64,000 nucleotides of DNA from positions 133,506-197,505 of the forward strand of contig VGBL01000002.1 of NCBI GenBank assembly GCA_016870515.1, written 5' to 3'. This document shows positions 53,929 through 63,903 of this stretch, in pieces (the first letter of the stretch is position 1; each line of letters starts with the position of its first letter). The notes beneath the pieces were generated by a model, which was given only the letters and a program-made list of their open reading frames with translations, had not been told where the DNA came from and ran no database searches. The position numbers and the translations under genes were made by a program. This DNA is from Actinomycetota bacterium. GTDB lineage: Bacteria; Actinomycetota; Actinomycetes; S36-B12.

Positions 53929-55245
53929 TCAGGACTCCTTCGCCGCCCGGAAGCCTGCGTCGAGGTCGGCGAGGATGTCGTCGATGCCCTCGAGGCCGAC
54001 CGCCAAGCGCACAAGGCCGGGCGTGACACCGGCCGTGAGCTGCTCCTCGGGGGTCAACTGCGAGTGCGTCGTCGAGGCAGGGTGGATGACCAGGCTGCGC
54101 ACGTCGCCGATGTTGGCGACGTGGCTGTGCAGCTCCAGTGCCTCGACAAAGCGCGTGCCCGCATCGAGCCCGCCCTTGATCTCGAACGACAGGACCGCGC
54201 CCGGGCCCTTCGGCACGTACTTCTGCGCCAGGGAGTACCACGGGCTCGAGGGAAACCCAGCGTAGTTGACCGAGAGCACCTCATCGCGGCCCGAGAGGAA
54301 CTCCGCGACCTTCTTGGCGTTTTCGACATGGCGGTCCATGCGAAGGCTCAGGGTCTCAAGACCCTGAGCGAGCAGCCAAGCGTTGAAGGGCGCCACGGCC
54401 GCACCCAGGTCGCGCAGCAACTGCACGCGAGCCTTGAGGATGAAGGACAGGTTGGCGCCGAACGCCGAGCCGACGCCGAGGTCACGGGCGTAGACCAGAC
54501 CGTGGTAGCTCGGGTCGGGTTGGTTGTAGTTAGGGAAGCGCTCGGGGTACTGCGCGTAGTCGAAGTTGCCGCTGTCGACGATGACGCCGGCAATGGCCGT
54601 GCCGTGACCGCCGATGTACTTGGTTGCCGAGTGCACCACAACGTCAGCGCCCCACTCGATCGGACGAACCAAGTAGGGGGTGGGCACCGTGTTGTCGATG
54701 ATCAGCGGTACGCCGACCTCATGGGCCACCTTGGCGACCCCCTCGATGTCGAGGATGTCGTTTTTGGGGTTGGCGATGGTCTCGCCGTAGAAGGCCTTGG
54801 TGTTGGGCTTCACGGCCGCACGCCACGACTCGAGGTTGTCGGGATCCTCCACAAAGCTGACCTGGATGCCGAGTTTGGGCAGGGTGTAGTGGAAGAGGTT
54901 GTAGGTGCCGCCGTAGAGGCTGGGGCTCGACACGATGTGGTCGCCCGCCTCGGCGACGTTGAGGATCGCCAGGGTCTCAGCCGCCTGACCGCTCGATACC
55001 AGCAGCGCGCCAACGCCGCCTTCGAGCGAGGCAATGCGGTCCTCGACCGCGGCCTGGGTGGGATTCATGATGCGGGTGTAGATGTTGCCGAGTTCCTTCA
55101 ATGCAAACAGGTTTGCAGCGTGGGTGGTGTCGTTGAAGATGTATGACGTCGTCTGGTAGATCGGCAGTGCACGTGCATTTGTCGTGCCATCGGGGGTCTG
55201 ACCGGCATGGATCTGCCGGGTCTCAAAGGACCAGCCGTTGCTCAT
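53929..55245 (-). CDS. metY: O-acetylhomoserine aminocarboxypropyltransferase (sulfhydrylase)
   Basis: 438 aa. FETRQIHAGQ, PLP-lysine motif HSATKYIGGHG. Confidence 0.95.
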   Translation of the reverse strand: MSNGWSFETRQIHAGQTPDGTTNARALPIYQTTSYIFNDTTHAANLFALKELGNIYTRIMNPTQAAVEDRIASLEGGVGALLVSSGQAAETLAILNVAEAGDHIVSSPSLYGGTYNLFHYTLPKLGIQVSFVEDPDNLESWRAAVKPNTKAFYGETIANPKNDILDIEGVAKVAHEVGVPLIIDNTVPTPYLVRPIEWGADVVVHSATKYIGGHGTAIAGVIVDSGNFDYAQYPERFPNYNQPDPSYHGLVYARDLGVGSAFGANLSFILKARVQLLRDLGAAVAPFNAWLLAQGLETLSLRMDRHVENAKKVAEFLSGRDEVLSVNYAGFPSSPWYSLAQKYVPKGPGAVLSFEIKGGLDAGTRFVEALELHSHVANIGDVRSLVIHPASTTHSQLTPEEQLTAGVTPGLVRLAVGLEGIDDILADLDAGFRAAKES

Positions 55246-55391
55246 TGTGGGTGTCTCCTAACGGTTAGGTGGGCGGAGATGGTCGCGGATCCGGGGGTAC
55301 CGGATGGCGGAAGGCGTGCCTCAGTGGCTGCGTGTCAGTGGACAACAGCGCATAGGGACCTCCGAACCATCCGGGGTCTTGCCCTGTGCAA

Positions 55392-55498
55392 GACCCGCGC
55401 TTGCCTGCAATGCAGGCCCGGTCATCACCCGGGGCACCCCACCGCGGTCGGAGGGTTGCCGGCCAGCAAGCCGGGGCTATGCGCTGGCACTCATGACC
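55392..55498 (-). promoter_or_regulatory. SAM-IV riboswitch upstream of metY-metX
   Basis: The minus strand reads GGTCATGAGTGCCAGCGCATAGCCCCGGCTTGCTGGCCGGCAACCCTCCGACCGCGGTGGGGTGCCCCGGGTGATGACCGGGCCTGCATTGCAGGCAAGCGCGGGTC. This is nearly identical to the SAM-IV consensus/structure sequence as I remember it, including the P1 GGUCAUGAG/UGAUGACC pairing. Confidence 0.85.
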
Positions 55499-55531
55499 TG
55501 CGTTGAAGATACCCCATGGATCCGGCTGCGC

Positions 55532-56533
55532 TCAACCCGGGCTGCTCATGCTCGTGACGGCCCCTCGACAGGCGGCGCGAGGCAGCTCGGCAAGGGCAGC
55601 GCGCCAGGTCCATGGCGGCTGGCCGTGGTCGAGCATTCCCCCGATGAGAAGGGCCAATGTGTAGCCCGGATCGGCCAGGCAGGCGCGGTCAAGCGCGATG
55701 CGTGCCCGCGCACCATCCCCCATCTGCCACCGCACGATGGCCAGCACGGTGGCAACGGGCGGCACGAAGGCTGACGGGGCCGCACGCAATGCGTTGGCCA
55801 GGCGAACAGCCGCCCTGGACCAGCCCTCGGGGTGGCGGTGGATCAGGTCCCACAGCACGGTGTCGCGCACGCGGACGTCACGCAGCCCGCTCAGTAGCAT
55901 CACACCGTCACGGCCGCTCAAATCTTCTGCGTCGCTATCGACCAGGCGTGCCACGATGCCCTCGATGGCCTTGTCTCGATCGCCTTCGTCGACGATGGGC
56001 GCGGTCGCGAGGTCCTCATCGGACAGCAAGCCTTCGGACCGCGGGTCAAGCTCTGCGACGAGGTCGCCCCTGCTGGACGCCACATTACTGACGCCGAGCC
56101 GAACGCGCATGAAGTCCTCATCCAGGAGGTCGACGGGCCAGCCCTCGCGCGGGCAGCAGTGGATGTCCCGGCACATCAGTGAGCGCCAGCGGTCCCCGGG
56201 CACGGCGATCATGTCGAGCACCGGGATGCCGAGGTCGCGCAGAAGCCTGGACAGCGCCGCAAAGCAGGCGGACAGGTGCGGATCATCATCGGGGGCACAA
56301 AAGCCGACCAGGATCGCCGACGCACCCGAGGTGTGTTGCACGGCAGGCAGGAAGGTGCGACTCCACTGCCCGACATCGTCCGGCGAGGGCAGGTCGGCCC
56401 GGGCCGCGCATGCGACGACGAGGTCTGGCTGCATGGCCAGAAGCACCATCGATCCGTGTGGCCTGAAGCCGAGCAGGCTGGGAATGGCGGCCAGCACCTC
56501 AGCCGGGCCGCTCAAGCGAAGGGGTTGGGTCAT
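55532..56533 (-). CDS. DUF4192 domain-containing protein
   Basis: Start MTQPLRLSGP (56533). GPAEVLAAIPSLLGFRPHGSMVLL N-terminal signature of DUF4192. Confidence 0.8.
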   Translation of the reverse strand: MTQPLRLSGPAEVLAAIPSLLGFRPHGSMVLLAMQPDLVVACAARADLPSPDDVGQWSRTFLPAVQHTSGASAILVGFCAPDDDPHLSACFAALSRLLRDLGIPVLDMIAVPGDRWRSLMCRDIHCCPREGWPVDLLDEDFMRVRLGVSNVASSRGDLVAELDPRSEGLLSDEDLATAPIVDEGDRDKAIEGIVARLVDSDAEDLSGRDGVMLLSGLRDVRVRDTVLWDLIHRHPEGWSRAAVRLANALRAAPSAFVPPVATVLAIVRWQMGDGARARIALDRACLADPGYTLALLIGGMLDHGQPPWTWRAALAELPRAACRGAVTSMSSPG

Positions 56534-56673
56534 GGGGCGAGGCTGATGCGCCGATTTCAACCGATCTATCAGCCTCGCGCCGACTGGGGATAGGCGCCAT
56601 TGGGCGCCGCTGGGGATGAGCTACTTTCCGCTACGTCGCACTTCACTTCAGGTTGAAGAAGTAGCGCGGGGCC

Positions 56674-57441
56674 CTATGACCCGCATCTTGGCGGGGCCAG
56701 GGTCGCGCGCTTGGCTTGCAGGCCGTCTCCGGAGCTGCGTCCGCGAAGTCGGCGAAGCAGCCACGGCGCGAAGTGCCGACCCGCCCACCGGGCATTCCCC
56801 TCTATCCAGCCGACGGGGCCGGGCGGAGGCGGCAGGGGCCGTGGGGTCCGCCATGAAGCATCCGCCAGACCCAGGGCCTCGGCGGCAGCCGCGGCCGCGA
56901 GGGCGTGCCCGGTCGGCGAAAGATGGAGACGGTCGTCGTCCCAGCAGTCGTCACCGTCGAACGCTGCGCACCCCCAGAAGTCCACCAGGTAACAGCCGCG
57001 GTGGGTGGCGATCGCGCGTGTCGCCCGGTTGGCGGCGCTGATCCGATCGCGCACACTGCTCATCACGCGCGAACGTCGTGAGGGATCTCCGAAGGCGACG
57101 AGCACGACGTCGGCTCCGTGACCACGCAATTGCGCCACAGCACCATCAAGAGCCGTCATGGATGCGTGCAGGTCATAGGAGCGTCGCAAGGTGTCATTGA
57201 TGCCTGCCGCCAAGGTAACCAGGTCCGGCTCGAGCGCGAGGGCTTCGGGGACCTGTTCGGAGACCACCTGCGGCAGGAGTCGGCCGCGCACCGCGAGGTT
57301 TGCATAGGCTAAATCCGGATTGCGTTCGAGTAGCAGGCAGGCCAGGCGATCGGCCCAGCCGCGATGGCGTCCATCAGGGCCGATGTCGTCCATCAGCCCC
57401 TCGGTGAAGCTGTCGCCGAGGGCGACATACCGCGACCACAT
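56674..57441 (-). CDS. SGNH/GDSL hydrolase family protein
   Basis: Start MWSRY (57441), 5 nt after the upstream stop. Block I ALGDSFTEG, block III GINDT, block V DRLHLSPTGH. Confidence 0.85.
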   Translation of the reverse strand: MWSRYVALGDSFTEGLMDDIGPDGRHRGWADRLACLLLERNPDLAYANLAVRGRLLPQVVSEQVPEALALEPDLVTLAAGINDTLRRSYDLHASMTALDGAVAQLRGHGADVVLVAFGDPSRRSRVMSSVRDRISAANRATRAIATHRGCYLVDFWGCAAFDGDDCWDDDRLHLSPTGHALAAAAAAEALGLADASWRTPRPLPPPPGPVGWIEGNARWAGRHFAPWLLRRLRGRSSGDGLQAKRATLAPPRCGS

Positions 57442-57446
57442 GGCCG

Positions 57447-58553
57447 CTACGCGTCCTGTGGCGTCTCGGTGGCCGGCTTCGAGGCAGCGAACGTGCGCCC
57501 AGCGCGGCGGTACCACAGCACGAGTGCGATGACGCCGATGCAGATCTGCGGAACGAAGGATGCCGCCCGCCACACGAGGTCAGCAGCGGTGGCCGCTCCA
57601 TCGGAGGTCCCGAAATTGGTGAGGATCGCGATCATGAAGGCGTCGACCGTGCCCACACCTCCCGGCGTGATGGGGATCATCAGACCGACCTGGCTCACCG
57701 CGAAGGCTCCAAAGGCAATGAGGATCGACGTGCCTTCGTTGCCCCAGCCCTCCACACCGCGCAGGCACATGTAGAGGATCAGGAACTGAGTGAGGAAAAC
57801 GCCGCACTGGGCCAGGGTGATCCAAGCCCAGCGCTTGGACACCAGGGCGTAGATCGTCTCGCGGAAGCTCAAGATAGCCGGCACGAAGTCCTTGTCGCGC
57901 AATGCCTTGATCCACGTGCCGAAGGGATGCAGCACCTTGTTGGCCAGGAGGCCCAGCTTGCGGGCGAGCGACTCACTGCGCACGACCATGATGAGCAGGA
58001 TCACAGCGGCCGTCAGCACTCCGAAGCCGATCAGTGCCACGGCCACGTAGGCACCGCCATCGGCACCACCCAGGATCAGCGCGCCGACCCCCAGGATGGG
58101 GAAACCGAGGGTGACGAAGACGCTCCACAGGCCGACGACGGCGATGGCCGATGTCGATGCCGCCGACGTGATGCCGTAGGAGGCGAGCATTCCGTATTGC
58201 ACGGCCAGGCCCACCGCGCCGCCGGCGGGAACCCCGTTGCTGATGGCGAACGCCGCCTGGTTGATCTGCTGGCCCTGCCAGTAGCGCAGCCCCGGCACAG
58301 CAGCAACGAAGGGAAAGCCATAGACGGCGAGGTAGATCAAAAGGGCGACGACGATGATGAAGACCGCTGGCCAGCCCATCTTCTGCAGCGCGGCAAGTGC
58401 CTCGGAGTAGCTGCCGATCGTCGGAATGACCTTCCAGAAGATAAGCACGATGAACGCCAGCCCGATCACGCCCAGGATGATCGACTTCTTCTTGTCGAGG
58501 GCCACCTGAGTCGGGGGCGCGCTCGCCGGTGCGGGCGCAGAATCGTCGGCCAA
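57447..58553 (-). CDS. Lysylphosphatidylglycerol-synthase transmembrane-domain (YbhN/UPF0104) family protein
   Basis: 368 aa, about 8 TM segments. INQAAFAISNGVPAGGAVGLAVQYGML and PITPGGVGTVDA patterns. Confidence 0.75.
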   Translation of the reverse strand: MADDSAPAPASAPPTQVALDKKKSIILGVIGLAFIVLIFWKVIPTIGSYSEALAALQKMGWPAVFIIVVALLIYLAVYGFPFVAAVPGLRYWQGQQINQAAFAISNGVPAGGAVGLAVQYGMLASYGITSAASTSAIAVVGLWSVFVTLGFPILGVGALILGGADGGAYVAVALIGFGVLTAAVILLIMVVRSESLARKLGLLANKVLHPFGTWIKALRDKDFVPAILSFRETIYALVSKRWAWITLAQCGVFLTQFLILYMCLRGVEGWGNEGTSILIAFGAFAVSQVGLMIPITPGGVGTVDAFMIAILTNFGTSDGAATAADLVWRAASFVPQICIGVIALVLWYRRAGRTFAASKPATETPQDA

Positions 58554-58658
58554 GCTTCCCCCTTGCTCTTAGTTGCTCCGGGATAGTCGCACCCTACGCC
58601 CCGCGCGGAACCCGGGGGTCAGCATCCCGCGTCCTGACGCCCTTGGCAGGATGACGTC

Positions 58659-59282
58659 ATGCGGCTCGATCATGTCTCCTATGCCTGCGCTCCCGGCGAA
58701 CTCGCCGAGGTAGTGCAGTGGCTGGGAGCTGACCTCGGCGGCACCTTCGTGGATGGCGGTATTCACCCATCGTTCGGCACGCGCAACTTCATCCTGCCCC
58801 TGGCCGACGGCACCTACATCGAGGTAGTGGCCGCACTCGACCATCCGGCAGCCGACAAGGCGCCCTTCGGTCGCGCTGTGCGCCAGCGCGCTGACGAGGG
58901 CGGCGGGTGGCTCGGCTGGGTGATCGCTGTTGATGACATCGCGGCCGTCGAGATGCGCCTGGGGCGCGACAGCGTTGTCGGACATCGAGTGCGACCGGAT
59001 GGCACGGATCTTCGCTGGCGGCAGATCGGAATCCTGGACCTACTCGATGACCCCCAACTGCCTTACTTCATCCAGTGGGAGCGACACAGCGAGCACCCTT
59101 CCTCGACCGGTGGCGAGGTGCGCTTGGCCAGCATCGAGATGTGCGGGAGTTCCGAGGTCCTCGGCGCCTGGCTGGGCTCAGGCGCTCAGCTCGAGGTGTC
59201 CGTGGCCTGGGTGGAGAGCGATGAGCGCGGAATCGTCGCCTGCAACTTCCTCACTCCTCGGGGTTTTGTCCGCATCGACTGA
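58659..59282 (+). CDS. VOC (glyoxalase-like domain) family protein
   Basis: MRLDHVSYA...GGIHPSFGTRNFILPLADGTYIEVV...LPYFIQWE, typical of the Glyoxalase_3-like family. Confidence 0.8.
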   Translation: MRLDHVSYACAPGELAEVVQWLGADLGGTFVDGGIHPSFGTRNFILPLADGTYIEVVAALDHPAADKAPFGRAVRQRADEGGGWLGWVIAVDDIAAVEMRLGRDSVVGHRVRPDGTDLRWRQIGILDLLDDPQLPYFIQWERHSEHPSSTGGEVRLASIEMCGSSEVLGAWLGSGAQLEVSVAWVESDERGIVACNFLTPRGFVRID

Positions 59283-59305
59283 GGCAGCCGCGCTACGGTC
59301 CAGCC

Positions 59306-60484
59306 ATGAGGGATCCCCAGACCGATACGAGCACCCCCTCCCCCCAGCAGCCCTCCGACGACTCGGGCACCGGGACGATGGGAGTGCCGCCGACACTCAA
59401 GACTGCTGCCGGGATCACGTGGCGGGTCCTCGTCCTGCTGGCCGGGGTGGCCGTGCTGGGCGTCATTCTCGGCACCATCTACGTTGTGGTCGTCGCGCTC
59501 TTCCTCGCGGCATTCTTCACTGCATTGGCTTCGCCGATCATGAGCTTCCTGCAGAAGCGAGCGCATCTGCACAAGGCGATCGCCATGATCCTGGCCGTCA
59601 TCCTCATTGCGGCTGCCGTCGTTGTCGTGCTGACGATTGTCGTTCGGTCCATTTTCTCCGAGGGTCCGCAAATTGCCTCGTCGTTCCAGGACTCGATGAC
59701 CGAGCTGCAGAAGTGGGCCTCAGGGCCGCCGCTGAACCTCTCCGACGACGACTTCCAGGGCTACGTCACCGACGTAGTGGACTGGGGCAAGAACTTCGCC
59801 CTCGATATCGGGCAATCGGCGCTGGGCTCGGTCGGCGACATCGTCCTCGGCGGCTCGGTCTTCATCTTCGGGGTGATCTTCTTCATGATGGCGCCGCAGA
59901 AGATCTGGGGCTGGGTCGTTGGCTGGATGCCCACCCGCTCCCGTCCCTACGTCAACACGTCGGGTGACCTGGCCTGGGACTCCCTCGCGGGATACACCCG
60001 CGGCGTCGTCATCGTTGCCCTGTGCGATGCCATACTCGTCTTCGTCGGGCTGCTGATCCTTCAAGTCCCAATGGCACCCGCACTCGCGGCCATCGTCTTC
60101 TTCGGTGCCTTCGTTCCTGTTATCGGAGCGCCCATCGCGACCTTCTTCGCCGCGATCGTGGCGCTGGCTGAGCGCGGACCTGTCATCGCCCTTCTTGTGG
60201 TGGTACTGACCGTCGTCGTTGGTTCCTTCGACGGCGACGTGATGCAACCCCTGGTGATGGGCAAGGCGGTCAGCCTCAATCCGCTCGCCATCATCATCCT
60301 CATCGCGATCGGATCGATCGTCCTGGGCATCATCGGAGCTCTCGTCGCCGTACCCTTCGGTGCCGCGATCTACCGAGTGATGAAGTACCTCACCGGGCGC
60401 GATCCGGATCACCCGCTGCCCGGCCGCGATCCTCCCGACGCCGCGGCGCCGGCTACCACCGCGGCAGCGACTTCCCCGGGTTAA
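59306..60484 (+). CDS. AI-2E family transporter (PerM-like permease)
   Basis: 392 aa, about 8 TM segments. FVPVIGAPIATFFAAIVAL and GIIGALVAVP motifs. Confidence 0.88.
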   Translation: MRDPQTDTSTPSPQQPSDDSGTGTMGVPPTLKTAAGITWRVLVLLAGVAVLGVILGTIYVVVVALFLAAFFTALASPIMSFLQKRAHLHKAIAMILAVILIAAAVVVVLTIVVRSIFSEGPQIASSFQDSMTELQKWASGPPLNLSDDDFQGYVTDVVDWGKNFALDIGQSALGSVGDIVLGGSVFIFGVIFFMMAPQKIWGWVVGWMPTRSRPYVNTSGDLAWDSLAGYTRGVVIVALCDAILVFVGLLILQVPMAPALAAIVFFGAFVPVIGAPIATFFAAIVALAERGPVIALLVVVLTVVVGSFDGDVMQPLVMGKAVSLNPLAIIILIAIGSIVLGIIGALVAVPFGAAIYRVMKYLTGRDPDHPLPGRDPPDAAAPATTAAATSPG

Positions 60485-61838
60485 GGATTCCCCGGGGATC
60501 TATGGCGTCCTTGATGCGAAAGTGCAGGTCGCGGGCCGGCTCATCGAGTTCCTCCGCCAGGGCACGACGCTTGAGCAGTCCCACGCCGTGCTCGCCCGTA
60601 ACGGAGCCACCCACCTCGATGGCCACTTTGAGGATGTCATCGAAGGCCAGCATCGCCCGCTCGGCTGCGTCGGCATCGCCCCGCGGGATCACGATCGTGG
60701 GATGCAGGTTGCCGTCTCCAGCGTGACCGAATGAGCCGATCATCACCTCTCGAAGATGCGAGATCTCCTCGATGCGCTGCACGGACTCGGCGAAGCGCGA
60801 GCGCGGCACCGACACGTCGTCTAGGAGCCAGTCGCCGAGGGCTTCGAGTGCCGGGATCGCCATGCGACGTGCGCCCATGAGCATCTCTGACTGCTCCTGG
60901 TCCTCGGAGCGGTAGGCCTCGGTGGCGCCGGCCTCCTCGCATGCTCGCAAGATCACGTCGGCGTCCGTCGCGCCCGCGGCGCCGGGGAGGTCGGTCTGGG
61001 CCAGCAAGAGAGCCCCCGCGTTCGCGGGGAGCCCAGACGGCCGCCACTGCTCGACGGCCTGCATCGTGGTGCGGTCGAGAATCTCGAGGATGCTGGGCGT
61101 CGTCCGCCGCATGATCTCCTCAACTGCACGACCCGCGACACCCATCTCGTCGAAGACGGCCACGACAGTAGTGGCCGCAGGTGGGAGCGGGCGAAGTCGC
61201 AACCGCGCCATCGTGACGATCCCCAGGGTGCCCTCGCTGCCCACCATCAGAGCCGCGAGGTCATATCCTGCCACGCCCTTGATCGAGCGCCTGCCGATTC
61301 GCGTAATGCGCCCGTCAGGCAGTACCACCTCAAGGCCAAGTACGGCGTCGCGGGTGACGCCGTACTTCACGCAGCAAAGTCCACCGGCGTTGGTGTTGAC
61401 GTTGCCGCCTATCGAGCAGAAGTCCTTGCTCGCAGGATCGGGCGCATACCAAAGACCGAATCCGGCTACATGGTCGCGCAATTCGGTGTTGAAGATGCCG
61501 GGCTGCGTCTCGACGTAGCCGTTGGCCACGTTGACCTCGAGGACGTCGCGCATGCGCTCGAGGCAAACCACGAGGCTGCCATCGATGGCGTTGGATCCGC
61601 CGGTGAGCCCAGAACCGGCTCCGCGGGGGACAACCGGGACCCGTTGCTCATGGCATGCCCGCATCACCTCGCTGACCTGCTCGGTCGACCTGGGGAAGAC
61701 GACGGCAAATGGCTGACCAGCTGCCGACCCCATCGATCGGTCGAAGCGGTAGGACTCGAGGATGTCGCGATCGGTGACGATGTCTCCGTGGTCAAGCGCT
61801 GCCCCGGCTGCTGCCAGGACGGCGTCCTCGGGGCTCAC
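60453..61838 (-). CDS. FAD-binding oxidoreductase (GlcD / D-lactate dehydrogenase-like)
   Basis: GTG 61838 overlaps the upstream stop (GTGA). FAD_binding_4 motif VVPRGAGSGLTGG. C-terminal GSVTGEHGVGL. Confidence 0.88.
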   Translation of the reverse strand: MSPEDAVLAAAGAALDHGDIVTDRDILESYRFDRSMGSAAGQPFAVVFPRSTEQVSEVMRACHEQRVPVVPRGAGSGLTGGSNAIDGSLVVCLERMRDVLEVNVANGYVETQPGIFNTELRDHVAGFGLWYAPDPASKDFCSIGGNVNTNAGGLCCVKYGVTRDAVLGLEVVLPDGRITRIGRRSIKGVAGYDLAALMVGSEGTLGIVTMARLRLRPLPPAATTVVAVFDEMGVAGRAVEEIMRRTTPSILEILDRTTMQAVEQWRPSGLPANAGALLLAQTDLPGAAGATDADVILRACEEAGATEAYRSEDQEQSEMLMGARRMAIPALEALGDWLLDDVSVPRSRFAESVQRIEEISHLREVMIGSFGHAGDGNLHPTIVIPRGDADAAERAMLAFDDILKVAIEVGGSVTGEHGVGLLKRRALAEELDEPARDLHFRIKDAIDPRGILNPGKSLPRW

Positions 61839-63067
61839 GTGCAACCGTGCACGGTCGCGGCGATCGTGTCGATGGCCAGCTTCGTGGAGCTTGAATCGGA
61901 GCCGTAGGGGGCGTTGTTGACCATGACCGCGAAGCTCTTCCACTCCCCGTCACGCCCCTCGGTCAATCCGGCGAGCGTGTTCACGCCCGTAAGGGAGCCG
62001 GTCTTGGCGAAGACCTCGCCCTTTGCACAATTGGCTGGCGGGGACGCAAAACGGTAGGTCAACGTGCCGCTCTCCCCGGCGACCGGAAGCCCGTCAAACA
62101 GCGGCCGCAGCTCAGGGTTGGTGACACCCACGACGAGGTCCAGGACGTCGGTCAGACTCCGGGCGGTCAGGCGGTTGCTGGAGCTCAGGCCACTGCCATC
62201 GACGAGCCGCAGTCGGCTTGATGCGATCCCGAGCTCGCCTAAAGCCTCTCGAGCGGCTGATGCCGAGCTCGTCCATGTCGCGGGATACCCGCGCGCCAGT
62301 GCTACCTGGCGGAAGAGGATCTCCGCGACGTTGTTCTCGCTGACGCGCAGCATCAACTCCACAGCGTCACGAAGCCGGTTGTCGTCGAAGGAGGCGATCT
62401 CTCCAGCGTCATCTTCGGCCAGTGCCCGACCGACGTAGGAGACGGCCACATTTTTGTCTCGCAATCTGTGGACGAAGACGGAAACGGCCGAGGAGGCGGT
62501 ATCGGACGAGTACTCCCCCACGATCGCGAGCGGGCGTACAGACGCTGCGTAGGTGGGGCTGTCACCGGGTGCCCATCCCTGAGCGGGCGACGGGCTGGGG
62601 AAGAGATAGTCGTCAAGGTACAGGCGCAACGAAACCGATCCACCCGCGCGCTTGATCGAGCGTGCGGTGCGCGATGCGAGACGACGGATATCCGCCGCGG
62701 TCAGCATGGGATCGCCCCCGCCCACCAGGATGATCTGATCGCGGGACGTGCCAGCGACGACGCGCGTCACGAATCGGTGGTCGGGGCCCAGGGTGCTCAG
62801 TGACGTCGCCGCGGTGATGACCTTCATGGTGGATGCCGGGATCTGTCGCCGGTCGGCACCACGACTGAAGATGTCCATGCCCGAGTCTGCATCGGCGACG
62901 TGGATGGTGGTGTCGCTGCCTAGGGCGCCCGATACCGCCGGACCCCGCAGGTCGCGGCCGATGTCAGCGTTGACATCGGCGGTAGCGACTCCGGGGGCGC
63001 CGGCGAGCCCAAGGGCGCAGGCGAGGAGCGCGCTAGCGAAGACGGTGGGCCTGCGCCTGGACGTCAC
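61835..63067 (-). CDS. dacB: D-alanyl-D-alanine carboxypeptidase/endopeptidase (PBP4, S13 family)
   Basis: Signal peptide, SxxK active site IPASTMKVITAA, KTGSLTGVNTLAG (KTG box). Confidence 0.88.
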   Translation of the reverse strand: MTSRRRPTVFASALLACALGLAGAPGVATADVNADIGRDLRGPAVSGALGSDTTIHVADADSGMDIFSRGADRRQIPASTMKVITAATSLSTLGPDHRFVTRVVAGTSRDQIILVGGGDPMLTAADIRRLASRTARSIKRAGGSVSLRLYLDDYLFPSPSPAQGWAPGDSPTYAASVRPLAIVGEYSSDTASSAVSVFVHRLRDKNVAVSYVGRALAEDDAGEIASFDDNRLRDAVELMLRVSENNVAEILFRQVALARGYPATWTSSASAAREALGELGIASSRLRLVDGSGLSSSNRLTARSLTDVLDLVVGVTNPELRPLFDGLPVAGESGTLTYRFASPPANCAKGEVFAKTGSLTGVNTLAGLTEGRDGEWKSFAVMVNNAPYGSDSSSTKLAIDTIAATVHGCT

Positions 63068-63903
63068 AGACCCGCCTTGAGCCTCATGAGGCGCTCGAAG
63101 AGTGGGGCGTATCCGATGGGAGCGATGCGGGCCGCAATGTCACCGGCGTAGGCCTCCGGTCCGATGAGGACGCGGCCCTTACGGTGCTCGGTGCCATCGA
63201 CGATCTTGCGCGCTGCCTCCGACGGTTCAATCACGAGGAACTTGTCGAAGATCGCCAGGCCGGTCTCCCACTCCGCCTCGCTGACCCCCACCCCACGGCG
63301 AGCGCTTCGCGCAATTCCGGTGCGGATGCCTCCGGGATGTACCGCTGTGACTCCGATACCCCGCGGCTTGAGCTCCTCGCGCAGCGCCAGGCTGAAGCCA
63401 CGCACCCCGAACTTGCTCGCGGAGTAGATGGCGTTGCCGATGGGCGCGATGAGGCCGAAGAGCGACGACATATTGGTGATGTGGGCTCCGCGGTCGAGGT
63501 GCGGTAGGAACGCCGAGGTGACGGCCAGGACGCCGCGCAGGTTGATGGACAGCAGCCAGTCGACGTCGTCCATGGAGACCTGCTCGAAGCGCCCGGCCAG
63601 GGCGACCCCTGCATTGTTGACGACGAGCGTGACACGACCATGGGCGTCGATCGCCTGCTCAGCGATCTCCAGGGCGGCGTCCTTCTCGGTGAGGTCGACG
63701 GCGTGGACGCTGACCTCGCGGTCGGGGCGGCGGGTCCGCACGGCGTCGGCCACGACCGCCAACCCCTCCTTATCACGGTCGACGAGCACGAGATTGCTGC
63801 CCCGGCGTGCCAGGCGCTCGGCGATGGCCGACCCAATGCCGCCTGCGGCGCCGGTCACGACAGCGACGCCTCCGTCGATGGCGTAGTGGTCACGTCGCAG
63901 CAT
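63064..63903 (-). CDS. SDR family NAD(P)-dependent oxidoreductase
   Basis: Start MLRRDHY (63903). VTGAAGGIGSA, NNAG, catalytic YSASK. Confidence 0.88.
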   Translation of the reverse strand: MLRRDHYAIDGGVAVVTGAAGGIGSAIAERLARRGSNLVLVDRDKEGLAVVADAVRTRRPDREVSVHAVDLTEKDAALEIAEQAIDAHGRVTLVVNNAGVALAGRFEQVSMDDVDWLLSINLRGVLAVTSAFLPHLDRGAHITNMSSLFGLIAPIGNAIYSASKFGVRGFSLALREELKPRGIGVTAVHPGGIRTGIARSARRGVGVSEAEWETGLAIFDKFLVIEPSEAARKIVDGTEHRKGRVLIGPEAYAGDIAARIAPIGYAPLFERLMRLKAGL

